NCBI GenBank assembly: GCA_951406725.2
Contig: OX597820.1
Span: 2,852,001-2,916,000, forward strand
Length of the DNA: 64,000 nt
From: Octopus vulgaris
Lineage: Eukaryota
Reading direction: 5' to 3'
Positions 1 through 11,991 of this stretch are shown here, piece by piece (positions within the stretch are counted from its first letter, which is position 1; every line of letters begins with the position of its first letter). The notes beneath the pieces were generated by a model. That model was not told the origin of the DNA. It made no database searches and saw only the letters and a list, made by a program, of their open reading frames with translations. A program made the position numbers and the translations under genes.

Positions 1-262
1 AACCGGCCCACGGTTGTAAGGTTGTGAGTTCGCTTCCCTGCGACGCACTGTGTCCTTGAGCATGACTCTTTATTTCACGTTGCTCCTGTCCCTCATCTGG
101 CAAAGATGAGTTGTACCCGTATTTCAAAGGACCAGCCTGAATCTCCTTACGGACTATGCGTGTCTGTGGAGTACTCAGCCACTTGCACGTTATTTTCAAG
201 AGTAGGCTGTTCCGTTGATCGGATCCGCTGGAACACTTATAGTCGTAACCTACGAAGTGCCA
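1..262 (+). mobile_element. tRNA-derived SINE (CORE-like), 5' end cut by window edge
   Basis: Degenerate B box GAGTTCGCTTCCC, GTGTCCTTGAGCA core and 3' half similar to copies at 11398-11720 and 38502-38820. Confidence 0.8.
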
Positions 263-856
263 GTTTGTGTTTGTGTTGGGCCACCACCATCCCTTGACGA
301 CCGCTGTTAGTTCGTTTACATCTCTGTAACTTGGCAGTTTGCCAAACGAGAACGATAGAATATGTACCAGAATTTAAAAAATAGGTACTGGGGTAGTTAC
401 GTTCGACAACACCCTTCAGGACGATGCCCCCAGCATGGCCACAGTCCAATGAGTGAAACAAAAGTCAAGGTAAGAAAACAATGATAAAAACCTTACCTTA
501 TGCGTAAATTCCTCATAGTCGTAAAATGCCCGAGTTTCAAAAAAATCTACCCAAGAACGCTCACTCATTGTCTGTTATTGGCACCCGTAATTCAATTCTA
601 ATTTGGTTTTCTACAATCGTGTTGGTCTTTTGAATTCATTCTTTCCATATTTACCTCACTGTTTCCCTTTCTTAGTATATTCCTCTTGAAGTGGAAGCGT
701 TTCTATTATAACCATTCGATTTGCAGCATTTCTCCGTCAAAATCTCAAACTTTTTTGTTCTGCTTCGCTTCTCGTTTCGTGAAAGTCTTTGTCCGTTTAT
801 TCTTCTCTTTAACATTTCAGCTACTTTTGTTTATAAACCAGCGCCGTCGACCACAC

Positions 857-987
857 CCAATCAGAGAGTAAGACACGGTGGGCAGATGGAGACTCGTCAA
901 GACTGCTGGCTATTCTTATTCATTATTTAACTGTACTTTCTACTTTTTCAGTATCATCACGACTGTCGCCTGTCTATTCCCGTAAGT
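857..987 (+). promoter_or_regulatory. Candidate Pol II core promoter plus short first exon (alternatively a 30-nt micro-exon 952-981)
   Basis: CCAAT 857-861, TATTTAA 924-930, Inr-like TCAGT 948-952 and GTAAGT donor 982-987 in non-repetitive sequence; motif arrangement only. Confidence 0.35.
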
Positions 988-1454
988 AATTCTTTTGCAG
1001 TTACGTTCTTTTCATACTCCTTCGCATTATCAATTAAAATGGAAGCGTTTAGTTTCACGTTTTTCTTATCATTCAAACCCTCTCCAATTACACATCTACC
1101 CACGACCCTCACACTTCTTCATTCCCTTTCTTTCCTAAACTTCATTCAGCGTTTCCACCCATTTCATTCCTTCTATTCATTTTTTTCTTCTTTCTTTTCT
1201 TCTTGTTTCAAGTCAATATTACTTTATGTAATTATCAAATATGTTTACTATTTTTAACCAAAAGAAAAACACGGTCGATTGTGCATTTAGAATTGTTCAG
1301 TCGTGAAAGCATGTTTTACTTCAGAGAAAACAACAACTGCACCCACACGGGTGGCGACAAGTAGGAAGGGAAATTGCTCAGACGTTGCATCATTTAATCA
1401 ACCGCTGCACCCCAAGATTCATCACGAACTTGAATAAAAATTAATGATTGTGAA

Positions 1455-1822
1455 GTCAAAACATTTGCTTTGCAACCACGAGGTTTCGGGTTCAGTCCTG
1501 TTGCGAGTATCTTTTGCTATAGCTCCGGGTCGACCAATGTCGAATTTAGTACACGAAAACTGTGTAGAAGCCCATCCTATATATATGCGTGTGTGTGTGT
1601 GTGTGTGTGCAAGTCTTGTCTGTGTTTGTCCCCACACACACACACCCCAGTTGACAATTGTGGTGTTGGTTTGTTTACGTCTCCCTAAGTTAGTGGTTCG
1701 GCGAAATAGGTTGACAGAATAAGTAGCAGACTTGAAGACAAGTTCTAGGCTCCATGTATTTGGCGAAAACCCATCGAGGTGGTGCCTCACTTTGGTCACA
1801 GTTTAGACTGAAACAAGTAAAT
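1455..1822 (+). mobile_element. Degenerate copy of the major CORE-type tRNA SINE
   Basis: GGGTTCAGTCC B box, internal (GT)n, tail ...GACTGAAACAAGTAAA as in the 54798-55251 copy. Confidence 0.7.
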
Positions 1823-2065
1823 ATATATGTGCGGGTGTATACGTGTGTGTGTGTGTGTGTGTTGTTGCTCTAAAATAACTGTAGGTGGCGTTAACCAGAA
1901 AAGAGAGCGAGGGACTGGCGCCGCTGAAGAGATTTCACCGATTTTTTGCTAAAGCTTCATGGTTGTTATTCATTCAAATAGGAAACGTTTACAATTAATC
2001 ATCCATTTGTATAGGTTTGACAAATATTATCATACAACATAAAGAAAATGCGCTGCTTAATTCTG

Positions 2066-2121
<56 letters not shown>

Positions 2122-2140
2122 TGATGATGATGATGATGAT

Positions 2141-2450
2141 TTATTCTTTCGTTAGCCACAAGGGCTTACATACAAAAACATTTAAATGACAACATAAAAA
2201 AAAACGGAAACAAGACGATACAATTGGTTTTCCGCGTATAAACAATATAAATAACAATTAAAAATTAAACAAATTAAAACTTCCAATGGGGGAGGCGCTT
2301 TAAGGTCCTCGTGGAAAACCCCACAAAAGTCACGGGTGCATGAACAACGGGGCAAGAGCCCTTCTCTTTTGATTCCCTTTTTACAGGTGCAAGCTCAGAA
2401 TTGGTCCTTTCACACTGGCCATTCTTCCAACATTCACCCACCTTTCAACA
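2141..2450 (-). mobile_element. 3' terminal fragment of a second Tx1-like LINE family
   Basis: Minus strand encodes VERWVNVGRMASVKGPILSLHL*, resembling the ORF2 end of the 16.7-22 kb element (QKRWKYVARVLCVQGTV*); ends AGCCCTTGTGGCTAACGAAAGAATAA. Confidence 0.6.
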
Positions 2451-2480
2451 ACAGCGGCAACAACAACAACAATAATAATT

Positions 2481-3608
2481 ATTTAAGGTGGAGTACTTGT
2501 GCAGACTAAGACTGATCCTTAAGTCGAAATTAAACGGACAGAATAAGACCGAAGCTATCAATACCTGAGCGGACTGTATGTATCAAAAAAAAAAAAAAAA
2601 AGAGGGGGGAAGAGGACTTATTGGATGCGAACACAGCATTAGAGCAGAAGAAAACAACACAGCATGGTATGTAAACAAATGCCACAGAACCGCTATTATT
2701 AGAAGTAGGAAGGTCAGGCTTGTGTAGGATGAAAGACTGAAAAGATAAAGCACTGTACAAGCAACTGAAAACGAATGAAACTGAAAATAGGATGGGTAAA
2801 GAAAAGAATGCATGGACAATTTCAAAGGGATGTTGAAGATAGGACAGACAGAGAAAAAAGATGGCTGTGGAAGACAAAAAGTGATTTAAAACCGGTAACG
2901 GAGGCTCTAATCTGTGCTGCCCAAGAGCAAGCACTAAGAACAAACTACATAAAATACAGAATAGACAACACAGCAGAAAGTGATAAGTGCAGAATCTGTG
3001 GACAAAACGGTGAAACCGTATGGCATATTACCAGCCAATGTACGCCACTAGACCAGAAGGAATATGAGACGCCACGACAATATAGCCAGGCTTGTCCATT
3101 GGACACTTTGCAACAAGTATGGACTTGACAGAGCAAAAAATTGGTACGACCACAAACCTGAATGCATCGTCGAAAATAGAAATGTAAAGATCCCATGGGA
3201 TTTTATGATTTAGTGCGACCATGAGATAGAGAATAGGAAGCCAGACATAGTCTTAATTGAGAAAGAAAACAAACTATACTGGATAACAAGGTATGCAATA
3301 AGAAAGAAAGAAAAGTCGAATGATATGACAGGTTAGCTTGGGAGGTTAAGCAGTTGTGGTCGATGAAAAAGGTAGCAGTAGTACCAATAATTGTCGGAGC
3401 CCTGGAAACAGTAAGAAAAAACCTCGAGAGGTACGTGGAACAAACAGGGCCTGCAATAAGGGTAGATCGCTTGCAGAAAACAGCACTGCTTGGAACTGTC
3501 CGAATACTCCGGAAGGTGCTCGGAAAATAAGGGGTGTTACCTTAGTTCACTGATAGTGAACAGCTGACACCACAGTACATCACCAGCGTTAGAAGCTGTG
3601 CAAAGGCA
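2481..3608 (+). mobile_element. R4/Dong-clade non-LTR retrotransposon, 3' part (RT C-terminus, CCHC, restriction-like endonuclease), disrupted
   Basis: MHGQF...EALICAAQEQALRT, CRICGQNGETVWHITSQC, KPDIVLIEK and LQKTALLGTVRILRKVL motifs; flanked by (AAT)n. Confidence 0.85.
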
Positions 3609-3611
3609 ATG

Positions 3612-3668
<57 letters not shown>

Positions 3669-3700
3669 TTTTTTTTTGTCTTTTTTAAAGTTTTTTTTTT

Positions 3701-4040
3701 CGAAAAAGGCAATACGGTAGACAGTTACAGGCCGATATCCTATTTGCCACTTATGTGGAAGTTATTGACTGGAATAGTCGCAGAGTCAATGTACGAACAT
3801 CTGGAAAAAAATGGAGTCCTGCCACACGAGCAGAAGGGTTGCAAGCGTAAGTGCAGAGGTACCAAGGATCAACTCCTGATAGACAAAGTGTACTTAGAGA
3901 CTGCAAGAGGAGGAAAAGTAACTTAACCATGTCATGGATCGACTGTCGTATGGCGTATGATATGATCCCACATTCTTGGATTATGGAGTGTATGAACCTA
4001 TTTGGTATTGCATCGAATGTTGAGGGATTGCTTGGAAAAA
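3701..4040 (+). pseudogene. R4/Dong RT N-terminal fragment
   Basis: [16 protein letters not shown]...[20 protein letters not shown], then frameshift to WIDCRMAYDMIPHSW. Confidence 0.8.
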
Positions 4041-5224
4041 GGACTCTTATTTTTGTATTGAAGCCATTTGTCGTCTGTGGTTTATAGTTTCCCCTCTCAG
4101 TTCCTGCAGAACTCGCTCGCTATCTTTGACCCTTTGGTCAGTTTTGTCCTATATTTTCAGCTTCTAAGTCCTGTCTAGGTTGACCCTAGCGATTACAAAC
4201 AACTGAAATGGTAAATTATCCGAAAACATAAACAAATTACGCTTTCCAGCACCATAACAAATATTCTACTTAAATACTACTTCTACGACCAGAACCGACC
4301 ACGGAAGGAAAGAGTTACGATCAGGGATATAAGCTGAGACATCGATATCGATCTAAGGTTAATGGTCGCTTTCAAGAAACGGTATGAGGAGGTCGTGAGA
4401 TCACGAGAGACCAGTAAAAATATATTGATCAGGTTTCAGGATGGAACTCCAAATTCTAATAATCCCCAACCCGAAGACCATAAAATCATTCCAGAGATGT
4501 TCCACACCAAAGGCTCCATCTTTAGAGGCCAGCTTTGTGACATATTACAGAACCTGAAGTACTGCATGTTATGCCAGTAAAAATCAACTTGGGGTTTTCT
4601 ACCCAGAAAAAAGGAAAAAAGAGAGGAATGAAATACAATAGCAGCGTTTCGTCATTAGTGTGAGCGCTTCTGGTGCTGCAGTAAGGGTTGGCTCCAGTCG
4701 TACTTTGCAGGGTACAAAGTAAGTTTTTGTAGCTTGAGTAATGGGTAGGTAGATTACTGTCTTTCTCTCTCATTCTTCATATGTGACACAGGTTTAGGTA
4801 CAAAAGCACCTGTTTTTGTCACATAATGGTAACATGGTTCTTAACTTGGGTGGCAGCACCGCAAAGTGGAGGGCAAAGGGCGCTGCAAGTTCACAAAAGG
4901 TGGAAACGTCACGGACTTGATATGGGAGTGTTGGATACAAGTCGTGATTTTTGCTAGAAATAAAATATTCAAACAATGCACAATACTTAATTTTAAATGC
5001 ATTAAAAAAATATTTGATTAATCGTGATTAGAATATGATTAAAGTATTGTGTTATGTGTGGGCAGAAACATTACTGATAATGCACTTGAAATTTTGTTGT
5101 TTTCAACCCTGCTTTTAAAATTAAAGCAAAAAAAATGTTTTGTTTGCTTTAACGTTTAGTTTCAACTCTTTTAGAAATATTTTTCTTACGGATTATATAT
5201 ATTTTATAATTAATAAGTATTAAA

Positions 5225-5592
5225 AAGGCGGCGAACTGGCAGGACAAGACTCTCTGCAGCATTTGGCCCGTCTTTAAATTCTGAATTCAAATTCCACCGA
5301 GGCCGAATTTGCATTTCATTCCGGCGGGGTTTGTGAAGTAGGTATTAGTCTAGCACTGGATCGATGTAATTCACTTTCCCACTAGCATAGCTAGAGTGTG
5401 TGCCGCCTGGGGGCGGTCCTTCCGTTTTCCACCCCCAGACCCCACAAAATACCCGTATTGCCTACAGTAGACCCCAAAGTGGTGCCCTTTTAAAAGTGTT
5501 GCCTGGGGTGGACTCCGCTTCCCCCAGCTACGTTAGTGCACTTGCTCCATCCCTTAAAAAGTTCCAGGCCTTATGCCTATGATAGAAAGGAT
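5225..5592 (+). mobile_element. Degenerate MetaSINE (B-type tail) interrupted by a MITE
   Basis: GGCGGCGAACTGGCAG head, GAATTCAAATTCC B box, tail GGCCTTATGCCTATGATAGAAAGG. Confidence 0.65.
5380..5538. mobile_element. hAT-like MITE
   Basis: TIR CACTAGCATAGCT / AGCTACGTTAGTG; imperfect 8-bp TSD CACTTTCC/CACTTGCT; related copies at 42691 and 47854. Confidence 0.7.
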
Positions 5593-5880
5593 CAGTAATA
5601 AATGTTAAGTCGTCGGACGAAATGCTTAGCAGTATTTCTTCCGTTTTTTACTCTTTCCAATGCTGCCGAAGTCGACTGTGTCTTTCTTCCTTTCGGAATT
5701 GATAAAACAGTAGCTGTTGAGCCCTGGAGATCGATGTAATTGCTCAAAATTACTGGCCTTGTGTCACAAGGTCAGCTTGATCTTTTCTGAATTATGAATG
5801 TTAGAGGCAGTTAACTAAAAGAATTGTTAGGACCCTCCGATAAAATTAGCTGCTGCTTGATTGAAACAATCTGCAAGTTT

Positions 5881-6070
5881 TTTTCTTTATTGCCCACAGG
5901 GGGCTAAACATATAGGGGACAAACAAATACAAACAAACGGATTAAGTCGATTACATCGACCCCAGTACGTCACTGGTACTTAATTTATCGACCCCGAAAA
6001 GATGAAAGGTAAAGTCGACCTCGGCGGAATTTGAACTCTTCGCCCGGCGTGCTAACGATTCTGCCAGTTC
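5881..6070 (-). mobile_element. MetaSINE with Tx1-type (A) tail, internal deletion in head
   Basis: TTTCTTTATTGCCCACAGGGGGCTAAACA tail, Meta-like domain, B box. Confidence 0.85.
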
Positions 6071-6249
6071 CAGACCATCATGAGTAAGTATTTGTAAAAA
6101 GCTGTTCTGGAGAAGAAGAAAAGGTAGAACAATTAGGGAATTGCTGCTTGAAATGCCCCTTGTCCCAAGTGCGTCTGTTATAAGTTTTGTTTACAAAACT
6201 GACCCACCTCTCAAATTTCTAACGCTGCTTTCATTTGACAAATCTATGC

Positions 6250-6328
<79 letters not shown>

Positions 6329-6876
6329 CGTTACTTTTGTGAATTTTTCTCATCAGAATCATTCTCGGTAGTATTTTTCTCCACAGAAATGTCAACATTT
6401 TCCATATTCTCAAACGCACGCCTCTTGTTGCAAAATATTGTTAGTTTTCTTTTCATCTGGGGTTTAACATCTACGGAGACACGTTCACCTTTATTTCGGT
6501 TGTTCTGGATGGGCGTTTTGCGTCGCTATTGTATTATAAAAGTATGTAAACAAGATAGGAACGAACGTCTTTAACAACAGCCTTTTTTTTTTTCCCCGCA
6601 TGGGCCCCGTGTGGGCAGGTTCCCAATGTTCAAAAGCTATCTTTCAGGCAGTTTAAACGAGTTAGAAACCACCCTAAAACATCGAAAACACCTCAGAACT
6701 AGTCAGCAGCAAATAAAAATCCGACATGTATCTTTCAAATTTTGACACAAGGCCAGCAATTGCAAAGAAAGGAGTTAATTGATTGCATCGATCACAGTCA
6801 GTAACGGGGGTGGGGGAGGCAGGGGAGAGGCACGTGTCCCGGGCGCCGATTGAAGGGGGCACAGAATTGATCATAA

Positions 6877-7276
6877 TCTTTTCTACTCTAGGCACAAGGC
6901 TCGAAATTTTGGGAGAGGGGCCCAGTCGATTAGATCGACCCCTGTACGCTACTGGTACTTTATTTCATCGACTCCGAAAGGATGAAAGGCAAAGTCGACC
7001 TCGGCGGAATTTGAACTCAGAACGTAAAAACGGAAGAAATATCTATTTCTTTACTACCCACAAGAGGCTAAACATAGAGAGGACAAACAAGGACAGACAA
7101 ACGGATTAAGTCGATTATATCGACCCCAGTGCGTAACTGGTACTTATTTAATCGACCCCGAAAGGATGAAAGGCAAAGTCGACCTCGGCGGAATTTGAAC
7201 TCAGAACGTAACGGCAGACGAAATACCACAAAGCATTTCGCCCGGCGTGCTAACGATTCTGCCAGCTCGCCGCCTT
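6877..7276 (-). mobile_element. Nested MetaSINE: A-tail copy (from 7044) inserted in the head of a B-tail copy
   Basis: Outer 15-bp TSD CAGAATTGA(T/C)CATAA at 6862-6876 and 7277-7291; two bodies but one head; junction GAAATATC|TATTTCTTT at 7043/7044. Confidence 0.85.
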
Positions 7277-7560
7277 CAGAATTGACCATAAAGCGATAAG
7301 CTTGAACTCCGTTGATAAAATAGCAATTGCAAAGATGGATCTCCAGCATCTCGTTTTATGCTGTTATTGAAGGTAAGCGTAACACGATGGCTTTCCACAT
7401 TCATGTCTGGACATTTTGTACGAATGGCGTCAAAAGAGGCTTCGTTTAAGTAAACATTCAAAAAATATATTTCGAATTACAGGCTGTACCGAACCGGCAC
7501 GTAAAACGAACCCTGGTGAAGTAGTTATTCCTAAAATATTGCTTCTTTTCTACATTAATT

Positions 7561-7780
7561 CTTTTCTACTCTAGGCACAAGGCCCGACATTTTTGAGGGG
7601 GAGGGGGACCAGTCGATTAGATCGACTCCATTACGCAACTGGTACTTAGTTTATCGACCCCGAAAGGATGAAAAGCAAAGTCAACCTCGGTGGAATTTGA
7701 ACTCAGAACATAAAGACAGACGAAATACTGCTAAGCATTTCGCCCGGCGTGCTAACGTTTCTGCCAGCTCCTCGCCGCCG
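7561..7780 (-). mobile_element. Uninterrupted MetaSINE with B-type tail
   Basis: A box, intact CAGACGAAATACTGCTAAGCATTTCG site, B box, Meta-like GCTTTTCATCCTTTCGGGGTCGATAAA, tail GGCCTTGTGCCTAGAGTAGAAAAG. Confidence 0.85.
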
Positions 7781-8338
7781 TCTTTAAAACATTAATTACT
7801 TGTAACCGGGGACGGGTCGGTAAATGGGCGTATTTTTGCGGCTTGCCCCGGGCGTGGGATACCCTAGCTGTGCCACTGACCACAGCACATGACTGGTACT
7901 TTATTTTATCGACTCCGAATGGATCAAAGGCAAAGTTGACCTCGGTGAAATTTCAACTCATAAGACAGACAATTTCGCTGAGCAGTTTGTTCGACGCGGC
8001 AGCGTTTCTACCAACTCACGCCTTAATAGCTCTGTATATATAATCCTTTTTATTATATGCACAAGGCCTGAAATTTGGGGGAGGGGAATAGCCAAATGCA
8101 TTGACTTTTGAAATAATATGCAGGATATCTGTTGGCTTTATTTTCAGATTTTGTCCCGATTATTATTGATTATAATTCACTAAGTGAATAATTTACGCTA
8201 TCTCAAACTACACCCTTCTTATTGATATGTGAGTGTGTGTTTGTGCGCATGCGTGTATATATATATGTGTGTGTGTGTACACAGCTATGTATGTATGCAT
8301 GTATGTATGTATGTATACATTAAGAAGGCAATGAGCAG

Positions 8339-9260
8339 AAAAAGAAGATAGCATTGGAGGGACACGTTTTAACAAATGTATTAGTTTAACACCTACAGAA
8401 AAGGGAACGAGACGTTTCGGATGCTAGTCTTTTGTCAGAAGAAAGAAAAAAAGAAGATAGCATTGGAGGGACACGTTTTAACAAATGTATTAGTTTAACA
8501 CCTACAGAAAAGGGAACGAGACGTTTCGGATGCTAGTTTTTTGTCAGAAGAAAGAAAAGAAAAAGAAGAGAGAACAATTAATGATAAAAGGTGGTTGAGG
8601 AAGAAGAAAAATAAAGTGAAGTTAGGAGTTCTATAGGGGTAAGGGCGGTGTGGTGTGGGCACATATGAGAGGATATCTGGGAATAAAGACAGGCAAAAGG
8701 GATTTGTGTGTCTGATTTGAGGGTGTATATGTCTCATTAAGTACACCATCATGTTCAAGTTTTATAGTTTATATTCTTCGTATTTTCTTCTTATTTTTAT
8801 TAACAATAAAGTTCCCCAAATTATAATCGACGTTTCCAGACCTTCACAGACTTATTTTCAAGAATTTAATAAATATGTCATTTGTATTGTTTCTCACATA
8901 CTTGCTGAATCATTGTAAACTTTACCGCCAAATGGTTATTCTCCTTTTTCTTTTGGGGTTAGCTTCATATGTCAGCTATCACGGATTGATTTATTTGTTG
9001 CAGTCAAGTTTTTATCTCAGTAACCACGTGATAATTTTTTTGATGTGTGAGTTGTTTGTTGATTTCAACATTGTATTGCGATTTGAGTATGTCTTCCTTA
9101 ATTAATCTTCTATTTCTGTGAGGAATTTTTTCAGAATATGTATTCTCCTTTAATAATTAATAGCGACAGAATCAGTAAGAATATCAAAGGGCAACCATTA
9201 TCTCCATTTTGAATTAGGCGTTGTGTTTGAATACAAAATACTGTGTTATTTACCTTGGGA
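8339..9260 (-). mobile_element. Degenerate Penelope-like element 3' region with 109-bp tandem terminal repeat
   Basis: Direct repeat (period 109, starts 8341 and 8450), each unit with decayed hammerhead-like CTGACAAAA...CCGAAACGTC on minus strand; only traces of a GIY-YIG-like frame. Confidence 0.4.
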
Positions 9261-10144
9261 GGATCTCTCATAAGGATTCATGGCGCATAAAAGCACTTGA
9301 AATTACATCGTTGACAGTCGAGAACCATCTGCTACAACCACCGGAACTGTCTGATCATGTGATTCTGCCCTGCTTAGCATCACGACTCCTTATGAGAGAT
9401 TCTCTCAAGGTAAATAACGCAGTATTCTGAGTTCTTACACAACGTCCACGTTACGTTGGCGATAAAGATTGCCTTTTCGTATTCATACTGCTTCTGTCGC
9501 TATTATTTTTTAATAAACCCGCTGGCTATTTGCGACATCAGTACCTGAATAAACATCGATAGTCTATATATATCGTCGACAAGAGATTCGGCTGTTATAT
9601 CGCTGTTGGATGTCTGCCACCGAGGAACTCACAGCAGGGGGAAATCACGTGACCTGGTTAGAGAACATAGTTATTTAAATTTAAAATAATAAGGGTGAAA
9701 AATTGAATATTTATATGATTAATATCAATGTTCTGTAACCGGCAAAATTCACTGCAGTGAATTATTTTCTGCAGAATTATTTCCGGTATTTTGGCACGCC
9801 AAAACGAAGACTTTTGAAATATAACCCCAAATGTAATTGGTAGAACTATATACATGTTCAATCTCATGCGGACGTCTCGTGTATAGTTCTGCAAATTATA
9901 TTTTGCTATGACGATCACACTGATGAGTTGCGGACAATTACGTAAGTGATTACGTAAGTGGTAGCAACGAAGCTGGTTTGTGATTAATCTGTATATTTTG
10001 TATATTTTCATTTGTCTTGCTCGCTTACGTTTAGGCATTTGTTAAATTTTCTTGAGAACATTCTTTTCTTAGTGGTAAAACCATAGAGGGTCGACTTCTA
10101 GCATATGGGTGTCCACTTAGTGGTCATACCCCTTATATGTATGT

Positions 10145-10192
<48 letters not shown>

Positions 10193-11346
10193 GACGGGCT
10201 TCTTTAAGTTTCCGTCCACGAAATCCACTCACAAGGCTTTGGTCGGCCCGAGGCTACAGTAGAAGATACCTCTTACCACACAGCCACTCCTGCGTTTTTT
10301 ATTTATTGATAAAGAGGTTTTGGGTGTTTTTGCTGTAAATTATTAGGTTAGGTCTATGTTCGGGATTGATGCATTATGAATTCTCTTTTACGAGGGTTTT
10401 CATTATGGGTTCGTCTGTTCTATAATTTTTATGTATTTGATTCACGTAATAAATTTTACTCATGAAATAGATTTTATGTGTGGTTTGTGTAGTTTTATTG
10501 GGTGTATTCTCTGATGTATTTGTGTTTATACTCTTCCATAACTCAATCCGTTCGTATGTTTCAACATCCGTTGTTAAATATTTACTCTCACTTTAACACT
10601 TTCCAAGCAGAAGACCTTTTAACGGCCCTTACTACCACACATATAGCAACTAGACCTCCCTTTTTAACTCGACTCATCCTCCGTCTTATGAATCAGACAC
10701 ACGTTTCCATGTCTTGTTCCGATCCATGGAGCACACATCCTGCTGCCACATGTTGACCAGGACTTCTTCCAACTCGTTTTCATACACCTCCAACTTCCGT
10801 TTCCTCCAAATAACTTACATCCTGACATGAACGGAGATATTTAGAATACATTTATTCAAAAGAAGTTTTAATTAAAACTTTATTGCAAGTTTTATTCATT
10901 TATTATTTGCACCCTCTTCTGAAGTAACCCATGCTCTACCGGTGTGGGGTTCGTTCCCACATTGAGAATCATTGTTCTAGAGAAGAGAAAGCCCTCTCCT
11001 TAAAAGACAAACTTAACAACTACGTCATATCGTTCTTTGCATTTTCCTGAATAAACTCTTCAGAGGAGACAAAAATCTTTTCTAATATGTGTAGCTTCGT
11101 TTATCTTTGATTCAATCATCGCTGATCCGCGATAGCACAATAAGCTCAATTGTGGGTCACGTCACTCTTACCACAGATTGATCTGTAACAGAACGGGTCT
11201 GCGAACAAATCAACACTGGTCTTTACATTTTTTAAAACTCTGGCACTTATTTTATCGGTCTATTTTGTCGAACCGCTAGTTACGAGGGCGTAAACAAACC
11301 AACACCGGTTCTCGAGCAGTGGTGAGACAAACATAAAGACCCTCCT

Positions 11347-11397
<51 letters not shown>

Positions 11398-11399
<2 letters not shown>

Positions 11400-11720
11400 G
11401 GCGCGTGGTTTAGTAGTTAGGGCATTCGGCTCACGACTGTAAGGTCGTGAGTTCAATTCCCGGCGACGCGTTGTGTCCTTGAGCAAGGCACTTTATTTCA
11501 TGTTGCTCAAGTCCACTCAGCTGGCAAAAATGAGTTGTACCTGTATTTCAAAGGGCCAACCTTGTCACACTCTGTGTCATGCTGAATCTCCCTGAGAACT
11601 ACGTTAAGGGTACACATGTCTGTGGAGTACTCAGCCACTTGCACGTTAATTTGATGAACAGGCTGTTCCGTTGATCGGATCAACTGTAATTCTCGTCGTC
11701 GTAAGCGACGGAGTACCAGT
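11398..11720 (+). mobile_element. Full-length tRNA-derived CORE-like SINE
   Basis: A box TGGTTTAGTAG, B box GAGTTCAATTCC, GTGTCCTTGAGCAAGGCACTT core, end GACGGAGTACCA. Confidence 0.9.
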
Positions 11721-11908
11721 TACATCTGGGATGCACTTCCCTTGTTTTCTGTGGTTAGGAAGTTCATTTGTAACTATGTGGTTTCGGGTTCAATCCAACA
11801 GCGCGAACCGTGAGAAAAATGTTTTCTACTGCAGTCCTGGGTGGAGCAATTCGTTGGTTAGCGGAAACTTTGTAGAAGCATATCGTGTGTGTGTGTGCGT
11901 GTGCGTGC

Positions 11909-11991
<83 letters not shown>

